Assembly (NCBI GenBank): GCA_963667175.2
Contig: CAXXXF010000016.1
Span: 416,001 to 480,000, forward strand
Direction of reading: 5' to 3'
Length of the DNA: 64,000 nt
Origin: Candidatus Latescibacterota bacterium
GTDB taxonomy: Bacteria > Latescibacterota > UBA2968 > GCA-2709665
The notes beneath the pieces are model-generated. The model was not told the origin of the DNA. It made no database searches and was given only the letters and a program-made list of their open reading frames with translations. The stretch's first letter is position 1; every line of letters begins with the position of its first letter. Below are positions 30,315-40,698 of the stretch, piece by piece. The position numbers and the translations under genes were made by a program.

Positions 30315-31508
30315 ATGGATAAGACGGACTCACCGTTCGCCAGACGCGTTCTCGATATCGATGAATCGCTTACCGTCGCCACGTTTGCCCGAATGGGTGA
30401 ATTGAAGCGCAGGGACATGGATGTCATCGCCCTGGTCGCGGGCGAGCCCGACTTCGACACACCTCGGAACATCAAGGACGCGGGTATTCGGGCCATCGTC
30501 GACGGGCGTACCAAATATACGGCCCCCGCATCGGGTCTTCCCGAACTCAAACGAGCAATCGCGAGTAAACTCGAGAGAGAAAACAATCTGGACTACGACC
30601 CGTCGGAGATTGTTGTCACCTGCGGGGCCAAGCAGGTTATCTTCGACGCGGTTGTGGCGATGATCAACCCCGGCGACGAGGCCATCATTCCCGCTCCTTT
30701 CTGGGTCAGCTACGCTGACCAGGTCAGACTGATGGGCGGGCGGCCGGTCATTCTGAAGACAACCGAGGCCACGGGTTTCAGGCTTACCCCCGGGATGCTT
30801 GCGGACGCCATCACGGCGCGGTCCAAGTTCGTGCTCCTGAACAGTCCGTGCAATCCAACCGGCGAAGTGTACACGCCCGATGAACTGGGCGCCCTCGCCG
30901 ACGTCATCGTGAATGCCGGCATCTACGCGATCTCGGACGAGATCTATGAAAAAATCGTCTATAACGGCGCCGAGCACGTCTCGATCGCCGCCATTCATCC
31001 TGAGATCAAGCGAAGAACGCTGCTTGTCAATGGTTTCTCCAAAGCCTACGCGATGACCGGCTGGCGGGTGGGCTACGGCGCCGGTCCGCCCGACCTGATG
31101 AAACTGATCGCCAAAGTACAGAGCCAGGAAACCACCAACACGTGCACGATTTCCCAGTACGCGGCCATCGAGGCGCTTAACGGGCCTCAGGATAGTGTGG
31201 ACGCCATGCGAGCCGCATACCAGGAGCGCCGGAATCTGATCGTCGGCCTTTTGAACGGCCTGCCGGGGGTCTCGTGCCTCCTTCCGGGCGGCGCCTTCTA
31301 CGCCTTTCCGAACGTGTCCGCCCTGTACGGCGAACGGATCAGGAACGACGTCCAACTCGCCGATTACCTCCTTGAAACAGCCGGGACGGGCTGCGTACCG
31401 GGCAGTGGCTTCGGTTCCGGCGACCACCTGCGCTTTTCCTATGCCGCGTCTTTAGCGGATATTCGGGAGGCCATGGACCGAATCGAAACCGCCATCAGGC
31501 GGATCTAG
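30315..31508 (+). CDS. Aspartate aminotransferase-like PLP enzyme
   Basis: [38 protein letters not shown]. Confidence 0.9.
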   Translation: MDKTDSPFARRVLDIDESLTVATFARMGELKRRDMDVIALVAGEPDFDTPRNIKDAGIRAIVDGRTKYTAPASGLPELKRAIASKLERENNLDYDPSEIVVTCGAKQVIFDAVVAMINPGDEAIIPAPFWVSYADQVRLMGGRPVILKTTEATGFRLTPGMLADAITARSKFVLLNSPCNPTGEVYTPDELGALADVIVNAGIYAISDEIYEKIVYNGAEHVSIAAIHPEIKRRTLLVNGFSKAYAMTGWRVGYGAGPPDLMKLIAKVQSQETTNTCTISQYAAIEALNGPQDSVDAMRAAYQERRNLIVGLLNGLPGVSCLLPGGAFYAFPNVSALYGERIRNDVQLADYLLETAGTGCVPGSGFGSGDHLRFSYAASLADIREAMDRIETAIRRI

Positions 31509-31536
31509 CAGTCCGTATCCCGTCGAAAAGGACATC

Positions 31537-32508
31537 ATGACCATGACGGACAAGAAGAGAATCTATCTGGATTTCGAGCGCCCCATTGCCGAACTGGATG
31601 AGAAGATCGAGGACCTGAAGAACCGCGCCGAGACCGAAGAGCTCGACATGACTGCCGAGTTGACCACTCTGGAAAAACGGCTGCAGAAACTGGAAAAGGA
31701 AGTCTACTCGGACATGAGCCGGTGGCAGATATACCAGGTGGCGGGGCACCCCCAGCGCCCCCATACGCTGGATTTCATACGATTGATGCTCACCGATTTT
31801 ACGGAGCTTCGCGGCGACCGGACCTTCAAAGACGATCCCGCTCTTGTGAGCGGCTTCGCCCGGCTGGAAGGACAACCCCTCCTGGTCCTTGGAACGCAGA
31901 AAGGACGCAATACAAAGGAAAATATCCTCAGGAACTTTGGCATGGCCCACCCCGAAGGATATCGAAAGGCGCTTCGCGTCATGAAACTCGCCGCCAAATT
32001 CAAACGCCCCGTCCTGTGTCTGATCGATACGCCCGGCGCCTACCCGGGCATCGGATCAGAGGAACGGAGCGTTTCGGAAGCCATCGCCAGGAATCTCTTC
32101 GAGATTTCCAGGCTTCCGGTTCCAATCATCGTCGTCATCATCGGCGAGGGCGCAAGCGGCGGCGCGCTGGGAATCGGGGTCGGCGACAGAATCCTGATGC
32201 TGGAAAACGCGTGGTACTCCGTGATCAACCCTCAGTCCTGTTCTCTCATTCTCTGGCGGAATCGCGACAAGAGAGAAGAAGCGGCCGAAGCACTGAAGAT
32301 CACCGCGCCCGACCTGGTTCCCCTCGGAATCGTCGACAGAATCGTACCCGAGCCATTCGGCGGGGCGCACAGAGACGCCGTTACGGCGGCCGGGAACCTG
32401 AAGCGGATTCTGCTGGACGAACTTCAGCATCTCCAGGGCATGCGCCCCGACGAACTCGTGCGCGAGCGGGTGGACAAGTTCGGTCGCATGGGGGTCTGGG
32501 ATGAATGA
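31537..32508 (+). CDS. accA: Acetyl-CoA carboxylase carboxyltransferase alpha subunit
   Basis: [34 protein letters not shown]. Confidence 0.97.
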   Translation: MTMTDKKRIYLDFERPIAELDEKIEDLKNRAETEELDMTAELTTLEKRLQKLEKEVYSDMSRWQIYQVAGHPQRPHTLDFIRLMLTDFTELRGDRTFKDDPALVSGFARLEGQPLLVLGTQKGRNTKENILRNFGMAHPEGYRKALRVMKLAAKFKRPVLCLIDTPGAYPGIGSEERSVSEAIARNLFEISRLPVPIIVVIIGEGASGGALGIGVGDRILMLENAWYSVINPQSCSLILWRNRDKREEAAEALKITAPDLVPLGIVDRIVPEPFGGAHRDAVTAAGNLKRILLDELQHLQGMRPDELVRERVDKFGRMGVWDE

Positions 32509-32564
32509 CCCGCACCTGCGGCGGTCCCACCGGATCCATGTCGTCTCCATGCAACGAAATTAGC

Positions 32565-32597
32565 AAAAAATGGGCCAGTGATTGCCCGTTTTTTTTT
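32565..32597. terminator. Rho-independent terminator after accA, possibly bidirectional
   Basis: AAAAAATGGGC-CAGTGATT-GCCCGTTTTTTTTT. Confidence 0.75.
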
Positions 32598-32810
32598 ACG
32601 CTTGACGCCTTTCAGCGCCGGGACATTTCTAACTTGCTGTTTACGTGAGACGTTTCTAAAGTTGAGCGAATTTCTGGACCATTTTTCGGGAAGAATGGCC
32701 CGAGGATACCTTCCGCACTGCGAAAAAAAAGTCAGTACGTCCAGCCAGTTGTGTTTCAATATCTTATGCGAACGTCACAAACTCGGTCTCTCATTTTCTC
32801 AAATTACCCC

Positions 32811-32839
32811 TTGACGGAAAGGGGCTCGGATTATATATT
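32811..32839 (+). promoter_or_regulatory. Orphan sigma70-type promoter pointing into a gene-free region
   Basis: TTGACG-17 bp-TATATT. Confidence 0.5.
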
Positions 32840-33079
32840 CTCAATCGTTCTTGCGAAGAGACCGTCTTCTCATAAGACGTTGCCTTGGAACAAGTTACAT
32901 TGCAGAATCCGTGTGTTTTTTCCGGCAGACGCTCCTGGGAAATCGCGACCGGATTTCAGACGCAACCGGGGGTTTTCTGCGGTTTGTTTTGATGTTGGGC
33001 CCGGACCGACAGGATCAAGACAGACGGTCCCGGGAGTTGGACATCGCAGAAGCCTCGTCTTCCAGGCAGGTATTGCTAT

Positions 33080-33289
33080 AATGGGCGGTATGGCCGTTAC
33101 CGTAATTCGCTTCGGCACCTGATCCAGCCCGGGGGAAGTTGAAAGCATCGGCTCTTTGGTTGGCGGCAGTCTTATTGGGGGAGATAATACTGCCAGCTAG
33201 ACCGATCACGCAGAACTGCTGCTTTTCTTCCTATGCATCGTGACTCTGTGCCGAACCCGCGTTCCAGTACGTCCAGCCGCCCATTTTTT
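33080..33289. ncRNA. Candidate structured ncRNA (rod-like, about 205 nt), family unassigned
   Basis: Nested complementary pairs 33080-88/33277-85, 33111-18/33248-55, 33134-47/33220-31 and an apical hairpin, followed by a T-tract. Confidence 0.35.
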
Positions 33290-33294
33290 CGCCG

Positions 33295-35658
33295 TCAGCG
33301 CCCTTCCAGCCATCCCCGTGCGTCTATCCCCTCCTCGTCGATCCGGATTTCCACCGCACCCATCATATCGGTCCGATAGACCGAGGTCCCCATTGTCTCA
33401 AAACGCCGAATGACCTCGGGAGAGGGATGGCGAAATTTGTTCCTGATTCCGCACGAGACCGCTGCAAGCTCCGGACGCACGCCGTTCAGAAAAGCGGCGG
33501 TGGACGAGGTGCGGGATCCGTGGTGGGCCACCTTCAACACCTGGGCGTGAAGTCGGTCGCCCCACCGCAACAGATCCGAATCGGTCTCATGTTCGACGTC
33601 GCCCGTTAAAAGGACGGCGGATCCACCGTACGTCAGCCGGATGACGACGGAACCGTTGTTGAGTCCCATCGGGGCCGGTCCTTTTTTCGAAACATAATCC
33701 GGTGTGGGGTGCAGAACAAGGGCGTCCACGCCGCCCAGTCCGGCGAGCCGGTCGCCCGCCTCGACTGCGGCATAACGGATATCCTTCTCCCGGATCAGCG
33801 TCCGGATCCGCCGCGCCGTCCAGGAGTCGTAATGTTGTCCGGCATCCAGGTACCATCCGACCTCTATCCTCTCCAGTAGCGTCACGAACCCGCCGATGTG
33901 ATCGCTGTGCGGGTGGGATGCCACCACCACGTCGATGCGGCTGATTCCTTCCGCCTTCAGAAACGGGATCAGCACCCGTTCTCCCATATCGACGTTCACC
34001 GCGCGCAGACCGCCGTCAACCAGCATGGTCCTCCCGTTCGGAAACCTCAGAAAGATCCCGTCGCCCTGCCCCACGTCCAGTACCAGCAACCGCAGGCCGG
34101 CGCCTCGCGGCCAGAGGTCCGACCAGACCCAGAGATTCGCCAGAGACAGCGCGACGATCACAATCCGGCGGCCCCAACGCTGCGACCTGGCTTCGGGATG
34201 GATGAGAAGGACCGCGCAGAGATACAACCCCACGGTCGTCCAACCGGGTCGCGGTATTTCCACGGCGGCCCATGCCGGTCCGGCGAACCATCCTGCCGTC
34301 TGGATAGCACCCGTCAGGACAAGCCAGTTTGCGCCGTTCAACAACGCAGCGACCGGCGGCGAAGCGTGAAAGACAATCACGCCGAGCAGCCCCAGCGCGA
34401 CGGCAGCCGCCATTAAGGGCACCACGACGAGGTTGGCGAGAACCGAGACAACCGAGAGAAACCCGAAATAGGTCAGCACGAAAGGCAGCGTGCCCACCTG
34501 CGCGGCCACCGATACGGCCAGCGGCGACCATACCCAGTGCGTGAGACCGCCCGTGCCGCCTCCCGGGAGCCAGGCCCGGATTGGTCGATAGAGCAGCAGG
34601 ATTCCTCCAGTGGCGGAAAAAGAGAGTTGGAATCCCACGTCGAACAGATCCTGGGGCCTGAAGACCAGAATCACAAGAGCCGCCAGACCGAGTGAATTCA
34701 ATCCTTCCCCCTGCGTGTTTCCCAGGCGACCCCAGATGGTAATCGCGCACATCATAGAGGCTCTCACCACCGAAGGCGGCAACCCCGTAACCAGCGCGTA
34801 GAGCGAAACCCCGCAGACGGTTGCCCATGCCGTGGTTCTCCTGCCGCATCCGAGCGCGCCGAGGCCGAAAAACAAGACCGCGGCAATCAGACCTACGTGC
34901 AGGCCCGAAACGGCCAGGACGTGGTTGACGCCGGCCCGCGTAAACGCGGTTCGAACGCCGTCGGGCACCCCGCGTTTCTCTCCCAGCAATACCCCGTTCA
35001 GCAGGCCCGCCGGCCCTCCCGAGAGGTTGTTCGCCACGCCGCGGCGCACGCCACGGCGCACGGGCAGCACCACGTACGTCCACAGCCAGCCCCCCCTGCC
35101 CGCACGGGTGTCCAGGACCTGTTCCGCCCTGAACACCGACCCCATAACGTGGATTCCCTTCCGTTTCAGAAAGGCGCGGTAATCGAACGCGCCCGGATTT
35201 CTGGCCGGGTGCGGCCGCCGCAGGTTGAGCCGCGTCACCAGACGGTCTCCGTAATCCACCTGCGGCCGGAACTTCCAAAACCGTACAAGAACCGCTCCCT
35301 GAATCGAAAACACGGTATCACGTACGGTCACGCTCTCCGCGGCGAGCCGAAGTCGCAGCCCGTCTTCAATCCATTCAGGTTCTTCAGCGACGCGCCCATG
35401 GAGCACCACCGGATGGTCCCGACCCGCAAACCGTGCGACGTGGTCATCGGGCAACCCCTGTGTAACGCATTCATACCTCAAGGCCCCCAGAGCGACAAAG
35501 AGGGCCACCGGCCACACGGAACGCCTCCAACGGATCAGGGACACGATCCAGAACGCGAGACCACCGGCCCATAGCATCCATACCGGCAGCTCCCACGGAT
35601 GAGCCAGGAGCACGCCCGCGGCGAAAGACGCCGCGGACAACAACGCCGGACGATGCAT
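33295..35658 (-). CDS. comEC: DNA internalization competence protein ComEC/Rec2
   Basis: NPGAFDYR, HVLAVSGLHV, GFQLSF, LDVGQGD, SHPHSDHIGG, KVAHHGS. Confidence 0.95.
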   Translation of the reverse strand: MHRPALLSAASFAAGVLLAHPWELPVWMLWAGGLAFWIVSLIRWRRSVWPVALFVALGALRYECVTQGLPDDHVARFAGRDHPVVLHGRVAEEPEWIEDGLRLRLAAESVTVRDTVFSIQGAVLVRFWKFRPQVDYGDRLVTRLNLRRPHPARNPGAFDYRAFLKRKGIHVMGSVFRAEQVLDTRAGRGGWLWTYVVLPVRRGVRRGVANNLSGGPAGLLNGVLLGEKRGVPDGVRTAFTRAGVNHVLAVSGLHVGLIAAVLFFGLGALGCGRRTTAWATVCGVSLYALVTGLPPSVVRASMMCAITIWGRLGNTQGEGLNSLGLAALVILVFRPQDLFDVGFQLSFSATGGILLLYRPIRAWLPGGGTGGLTHWVWSPLAVSVAAQVGTLPFVLTYFGFLSVVSVLANLVVVPLMAAAVALGLLGVIVFHASPPVAALLNGANWLVLTGAIQTAGWFAGPAWAAVEIPRPGWTTVGLYLCAVLLIHPEARSQRWGRRIVIVALSLANLWVWSDLWPRGAGLRLLVLDVGQGDGIFLRFPNGRTMLVDGGLRAVNVDMGERVLIPFLKAEGISRIDVVVASHPHSDHIGGFVTLLERIEVGWYLDAGQHYDSWTARRIRTLIREKDIRYAAVEAGDRLAGLGGVDALVLHPTPDYVSKKGPAPMGLNNGSVVIRLTYGGSAVLLTGDVEHETDSDLLRWGDRLHAQVLKVAHHGSRTSSTAAFLNGVRPELAAVSCGIRNKFRHPSPEVIRRFETMGTSVYRTDMMGAVEIRIDEEGIDARGWLEGR

Positions 35659-35839
35659 CACCGCTCCCTCCGTTTGGCCCCGGGTTCGCGACACAATGCG
35701 GCAAATTTCGTGCCGCTCCGAATAACGGCGGATTTTCCGGGTTTCCCGTTGTTGTCTGGAACGATCCTTTCAATCGATGTCTCGAAACGTTCACCCGCGT
35801 GTTATGACTCCGGCCACTCGACGCCGCCGGAACAATCCA

Positions 35840-35868
35840 TTGACATTACCCGGTGGAGATGCTATATT
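35840..35868 (+). promoter_or_regulatory. Sigma70-type promoter for the truA operon
   Basis: TTGACA-17 bp-TATATT with TG extension. Confidence 0.7.
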
Positions 35869-35938
35869 TCGGGGAAAATCCGTCGGTCAACAGTCTTCAT
35901 TGGCGGCGTCCCTGACTTTTCATGCCGATCCAGCTGGA

Positions 35939-36685
35939 ATGCGACGGAATATTCGGCTTCGACTGGAATACGACGGAACAGATTTCAAGGGCTGGCAGAT
36001 TCAGCCCGACCAGCGCACAGTCCAGGGAACACTCGAGTCCTGCCTGGAATCTCTAATGGGACACCACGTCCGCGCCGTCGGGGCCGGGCGCACGGATGCA
36101 GGCGTCCACGCGCTTGAGCAGGTGGCCAATTTTACCACGTCCAACCCCCTGCCATTGCATCGCGTCGAGGCCGCCTTGAACGGAATGTTGCCGGCAGACG
36201 TGGTTGTCCTCGACGCAGATGAGGTTCCGCACGCGTTTCATGCACGACGTAGCGCAAGGCGCCGGAGTTACCTGTATCGCATCGCGTACCGACGCCGGGC
36301 AATCGGCCGCGGACAGGCGTGGCACCTGCGAAGCAGGCTGAATATCGACGCGATGCAGTCCGCGGCGGCACGCACGCTGGGCTGTCATGATTTCACGTCG
36401 TTCTGCGTGGCTGCGGCTGAGAAGGAGAACCGGACCTGCCGCGTCTTCGAGTGCCTGCTGGCCAGCATCGGCGACGCGGTCCACGTGGAGATTTCGGCCG
36501 ACAGGTTTCTCAGGTCGATGGTGCGCGGCATTGTCGGTACTCTGGTGCAGGTGGGAAGAGGCACACGGGCGCCCGACGCGATGGACACCATTCTGAAGGC
36601 GCGAGACAGGCGCCAGGCGGGGCCCAACGCCCCGCCCCAGGGCCTTTTCTTAAAAAAAGTGACTTACGACGACCCGGAAGAATAG
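35939..36685 (+). CDS. truA: tRNA pseudouridine(38-40) synthase
   Basis: YDGTDFKGWQ, AGRTDAGVHA, FLRSMVR, APPQGLFL. Confidence 0.96.
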   Translation: MRRNIRLRLEYDGTDFKGWQIQPDQRTVQGTLESCLESLMGHHVRAVGAGRTDAGVHALEQVANFTTSNPLPLHRVEAALNGMLPADVVVLDADEVPHAFHARRSARRRSYLYRIAYRRRAIGRGQAWHLRSRLNIDAMQSAAARTLGCHDFTSFCVAAAEKENRTCRVFECLLASIGDAVHVEISADRFLRSMVRGIVGTLVQVGRGTRAPDAMDTILKARDRRQAGPNAPPQGLFLKKVTYDDPEE

Positions 36686-36688
36686 CGC

Positions 36689-37834
36689 GTGCGGCAACCG
36701 GTGCGGATCGTTCTCAAAAGCGTCGTTGCGGGATTGATACTGGTACTTTGCGCCGATGGTCAATCGGAAGGGGCGTCTCCGGCTGCCGCCGCGGGCCCTG
36801 AAATCGACGCCTCACGTAAAAACGCCATCGTGCGGGCCGTCGAGAGGGTGGCGCCCACGGTCGTCGGGGTAACCACGGTTTCCTTCGAACCCGTCGACGT
36901 CCGGGTTGCGCACCCGTTTTGGGATCTTTTCTGGTATCCGGGAACCGTCCGGAAAGAACGTCCGGGGATCGGATCCGGCGTGGTTATCCGGTCCGACGGG
37001 TACATCCTGACCAATCACCACGTCGTCAAGGGCGCGCGGGAAATCACGGTCACGTTTTCGGACGGTCGGAGCCTGAAGGTTCGGGACACCCGCAAAGACG
37101 TGATGGTCGACCCCGGCGCTGATCTGGCGGTCATACGGGTTAACGCGACGAATCTCCCGGTTCCGGAACTGGGAGATTCCGAAGACGTGATTATCGGCGA
37201 GTGGGCGATCGCCATCGGCAAGCCCTTCGGGCTGCTGATCGAAGAACCCGAACCCACCGTGACCGTCGGCGTCGTAAGCGCCGTAAACCGGAACCTGTCG
37301 CTGCGGCAGGATGAGGGCGGCCATTCCTATTCGAATATGATCCAGACCGATGCGTCAATCAATCCGGGCAACAGCGGCGGGCCCCTGGTCAACGGCGTCG
37401 GTCAGGTCATCGGCATCAACACCTTTATCTTTACCAAGAGCGGGGGTTCCCTCGGCATCGGTTTCGCGCTCCCCATCAACCGGGCAAGAAAAATAGCCGA
37501 ACGTCTGATCGCAGGGGGTGTGCAGGAATTCTGGACCGGTTTCGAGGTGCATCCGAACCTGACGCCAGGGCTGGCGAACGCTTTGGGGTTATACACGCAT
37601 CGGGGCGCGCTGATCACGCGCGTGGCGGACCGCAGTCCGGCGTCTCGCGCAAGGCTGAATCCGGGCGACCTGATCATCTCCGTGAACGGCCGCGCCGTCC
37701 GAAACGCCGACGACGTGGACAGGATCATCGAAGACGCACGCGTCGGGGACGTCCTTTCACTGAGCATTCTGCGAGGCAGGCTGCGCTTAGCGACCCGTCT
37801 CCGGCCGGAACGGGCCCCTGCCGCTCAACAGTAG
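36689..37834 (+). CDS. HtrA/DegP-like serine protease with one PDZ domain
   Basis: TNHHV, DLAV, QTDASINPGNSGGPL. Confidence 0.93.
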   Translation: MRQPVRIVLKSVVAGLILVLCADGQSEGASPAAAAGPEIDASRKNAIVRAVERVAPTVVGVTTVSFEPVDVRVAHPFWDLFWYPGTVRKERPGIGSGVVIRSDGYILTNHHVVKGAREITVTFSDGRSLKVRDTRKDVMVDPGADLAVIRVNATNLPVPELGDSEDVIIGEWAIAIGKPFGLLIEEPEPTVTVGVVSAVNRNLSLRQDEGGHSYSNMIQTDASINPGNSGGPLVNGVGQVIGINTFIFTKSGGSLGIGFALPINRARKIAERLIAGGVQEFWTGFEVHPNLTPGLANALGLYTHRGALITRVADRSPASRARLNPGDLIISVNGRAVRNADDVDRIIEDARVGDVLSLSILRGRLRLATRLRPERAPAAQQ

Positions 37835-37879
37835 GTAAACCGGCAACGGGGTAGCACTGTATTTCGGAGCCATGACGCC

Positions 37880-38596
37880 ATGAGAAAAAGGGCCGCAGTC
37901 CCGAGCATGGTTACACTCTGCAATCTCTGCTGTGGATTCCTTGCGATCGCGTACGCCATGGACGGGAAACTGGTCCCGGCGGCGTGGTTAATCGTTATCG
38001 CGGGCTTTCTCGATGCCTTCGACGGCAAGCTCGCCCGACTGATGGACTCGCCCAGCAACTTCGGGGTTCAGTTCGACTCCCTGGCCGACGTCTGTTCGTT
38101 CGGCGTGGCGCCCGCGGTCCTGATGTTCCAGTACCTGCAGGGTTTGCTGGATGCCGTGTGGTTGCCGTTCGCGGCCTGTTTTCTGTTCCTGCTGTGCGGC
38201 GCGTTGCGCCTGGCGAGGTTCAACGTTCAGGTCAAAGGCGACGAAAAGGAGGACTTTGTCGGCCTTCCGATTCCATCGGCCGCCGGAACGATGGCCGCTT
38301 ATATCGTCTTTGCCGAGCGGGTCTGGCAGAGTACCCGGGAACCCCATGTCGCCCTTCTCCTTTGCATGGTTCTGGGCCTTCTTATGGTCAGTCCGTTCGG
38401 ATATCCCGCCTTTCCCCGGTTCAGCATCGAAGCGCGGAGGGACCGCTGGAGGCTGGGAATCGCCCTTGCCGCGTTTATCCCCGTCGCGGTATTTCCGGAC
38501 GAAGCGTTTTTTCCGATCGCGTTTGCGTTTTCGATCTCGGGCGCCGTGCGGTGGGTGTCGCATCTGATTATACATAGAGAAGTCGCGGATATGTGA
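37880..38596 (+). CDS. pssA: CDP-diacylglycerol--serine O-phosphatidyltransferase
   Basis: DAFDGKLAR...FGVQFDSLAD, ALRLARFN, FVGLPIP. Confidence 0.88.
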   Translation: MRKRAAVPSMVTLCNLCCGFLAIAYAMDGKLVPAAWLIVIAGFLDAFDGKLARLMDSPSNFGVQFDSLADVCSFGVAPAVLMFQYLQGLLDAVWLPFAACFLFLLCGALRLARFNVQVKGDEKEDFVGLPIPSAAGTMAAYIVFAERVWQSTREPHVALLLCMVLGLLMVSPFGYPAFPRFSIEARRDRWRLGIALAAFIPVAVFPDEAFFPIAFAFSISGAVRWVSHLIIHREVADM

Positions 38597-38628
38597 ATCG
38601 TCCTGAAACGAGAGTGGAGCGGAAATCG

Positions 38629-38910
38629 ATGAAGAACAAGAGCATCGGACTCCTGGTTGTGGCAATCTTCCTGGGTATTCTGGCAAGCCAGGTCTTCGGC
38701 GCGGTCCTGAACGTGATCTTCGGCAGCCTCGGCCTGCAAGACAACATGGTCTCCAGGGTACTTGTGGATCCCCTGGTCGCCTACGAATTCTACCCGATGC
38801 GCCTCAATCTGCTCGTGATGACGCTCACCCTGGGGTTTTCGCTCAATTTCAACGTACTCAGCCTGATCGGCATCGGAACCGCGTACTATTACGTGAAGTA
38901 CTCCTACTGA
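38629..38910 (+). CDS. Small membrane protein (DUF4321-like)
   Basis: Two hydrophobic segments, LTLGFSLNFNVLSLIG; GGAG RBS. Confidence 0.65.
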   Translation: MKNKSIGLLVVAIFLGILASQVFGAVLNVIFGSLGLQDNMVSRVLVDPLVAYEFYPMRLNLLVMTLTLGFSLNFNVLSLIGIGTAYYYVKYSY

Positions 38911-39004
38911 GTGACGGCCGCGCCACTGCGCGACGGCTGCCGCCGGCGTCCCCGGCGCCGCTTCGGATCGAATACGGCCGTTTTTCATAGATACGAGGTG
39001 ATTC

Positions 39005-39229
39005 ATGCTGGGTGGAATCGGAACATGGGAAATCCTCCTGATCTTCCTGGTCATCCTCCTGCTGTTCGGGGCCAAACGCATTCCCGATATCGCCAAGAGC
39101 GTGGGCAAAGGAGTTACGGAATTCAAGAAAGGCCTTCGGGACATCCAGGACGAAATAGAGACCGGAGGCGACCCCCCTTCCCGGTCCGGCGACAAAACAC
39201 CGGATACGGAAAAAACCGCCAAACCCTAG
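39005..39229 (+). CDS. tatA: Twin-arginine translocase TatA/E
   Basis: [35 protein letters not shown]. Confidence 0.93.
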   Translation: MLGGIGTWEILLIFLVILLLFGAKRIPDIAKSVGKGVTEFKKGLRDIQDEIETGGDPPSRSGDKTPDTEKTAKP

Positions 39230-39240
39230 GGGGAGGTAAG

Positions 39241-40698
39241 TTGGCAGTCTCCGGGAAGCCACTGAACGAACGGCCCGCCCACGAACTGACGGCGTCGATT
39301 CTGTCGGGAAGGGTAACTTCCAGACAGCTGGTCGAGGCCGTTTTTCGTTGCATTCGGGCGACGAATCCGACGCTCAACACATACGTCACCCTGAATGAAT
39401 CAGAGGCGATCCGCAAGGCGGAGGAAGTAGACGCCAGAATATCGGCAGGAAATCCGGTCGGTCCGCTGGCGGGTATTCCCGTTGCGCTTAAAGACCTGCT
39501 TTGCACCAGAGGATTGCTCACCACCGCGGGTTCCCGCATCCTCGAAAATTTCGTTCCGCCCTACGACGCCACGTCCGTCGAACGCCTCCGCGATGCCGAC
39601 GCGGTTATCGTTGGCAAACTCAATCTGGACGAGTTTGCCATGGGGTCATCAAACGAAAACTCGGCGTACGGTCCGGCGCGAAATCCCCACGATCCGGCGC
39701 GTGTGCCGGGAGGTTCCAGCGGCGCCAGCGCCGCCAGCGTGGCCGCGAACCAGACCGTGCTGGCCCTGGGCACGGATACCGGTGGCTCCATTCGCCTTCC
39801 CGCCTCCTTCTGCGGCGTGGTCGGTCTCAAGCCCACCTACGGCCGGGTCTCCCGCTACGGCCTCATTGCGTACGCGTCTTCCCTGGACCAGATTGGCCCC
39901 GTGGCACGGAACGTGACGGATGCAGCGCTCCTCCTGAACGTCATTGCCGGGCACGACCCGCGAGACTCCACGTCCGTGGACCTGCCAGCGCCGGACTACA
40001 CGGCGGGCCTCGATGCGGGTGTCGCCGGCCGGACCGTGGGTCTTCCAACGGGGTATTTCGGGGACGGGCTGGACGAAGAGGTACGGGCGTCGGTATTCCG
40101 AGGCGTTGAAGTCCTGAAAGACGCCGGCGCGGAAATCCGGGAGATCGACCTCCCCATCGCGTGCCATCCGGCCTACTCGATTGCCGCCTACTACATCATC
40201 GCCACGGGTGAGGCATCTTCGAACCTCTCCCGGTACGACGGCGTCAAGTACGGCAGTCGAACGGAAGGTGACGATCTGATCGACATGTATTGCCGGACCC
40301 GAAGCGCAGGGTTCGGCGCGGAAGTCAAACGCCGCATCATGCTTGGCGCCTACGCCCTCAGCGCGGGCTACTACGATGCCTATTACCTGAAAGCTCAGCG
40401 GGTGCGCACGCTCGTCAAGGGGGATTTCGACGGCGCCTTCGAATCCTGCGACCTGCTCGCCGCGCCCGTTTCGCCCACACCGGCTTTCCCCATTGGCGAA
40501 AAGACCGATGACCCGCTCCAGATGTACCTCTCCGACATCTACACCGTCTCCGTCAACCTGGCGGGCATTCCGGCCATCTCGGTCCCCTGCGGCCTTTCGG
40601 GCGAGGGTTTGCCAATCGGTCTGCAACTGTTGGCGCCGGCGTTCAAGGAAGAGAACCTGCTCAGGGCCGCCTACGTGGTCGAACAGGAACTGACCTGA
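39241..40698 (+). CDS. gatA: Asp/Glu-tRNA amidotransferase subunit A
   Basis: [29 protein letters not shown]; TTG start at 39241 after GGAGGT. Confidence 0.95.
   Translation: MAVSGKPLNERPAHELTASILSGRVTSRQLVEAVFRCIRATNPTLNTYVTLNESEAIRKAEEVDARISAGNPVGPLAGIPVALKDLLCTRGLLTTAGSRILENFVPPYDATSVERLRDADAVIVGKLNLDEFAMGSSNENSAYGPARNPHDPARVPGGSSGASAASVAANQTVLALGTDTGGSIRLPASFCGVVGLKPTYGRVSRYGLIAYASSLDQIGPVARNVTDAALLLNVIAGHDPRDSTSVDLPAPDYTAGLDAGVAGRTVGLPTGYFGDGLDEEVRASVFRGVEVLKDAGAEIREIDLPIACHPAYSIAAYYIIATGEASSNLSRYDGVKYGSRTEGDDLIDMYCRTRSAGFGAEVKRRIMLGAYALSAGYYDAYYLKAQRVRTLVKGDFDGAFESCDLLAAPVSPTPAFPIGEKTDDPLQMYLSDIYTVSVNLAGIPAISVPCGLSGEGLPIGLQLLAPAFKEENLLRAAYVVEQELT

Noticed and set aside
33080-33289. Naming the rod-like RNA as 6S or SRP RNA
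   Set aside because: I could not recognise conserved 6S or SRP sequence motifs; left unassigned
38911-39240. 110-aa N-terminal extension of GatA in the ORF track
   Set aside because: Overlaps tatA; a TTG start with a GGAGGT RBS at 39241 gives a normal-length GatA
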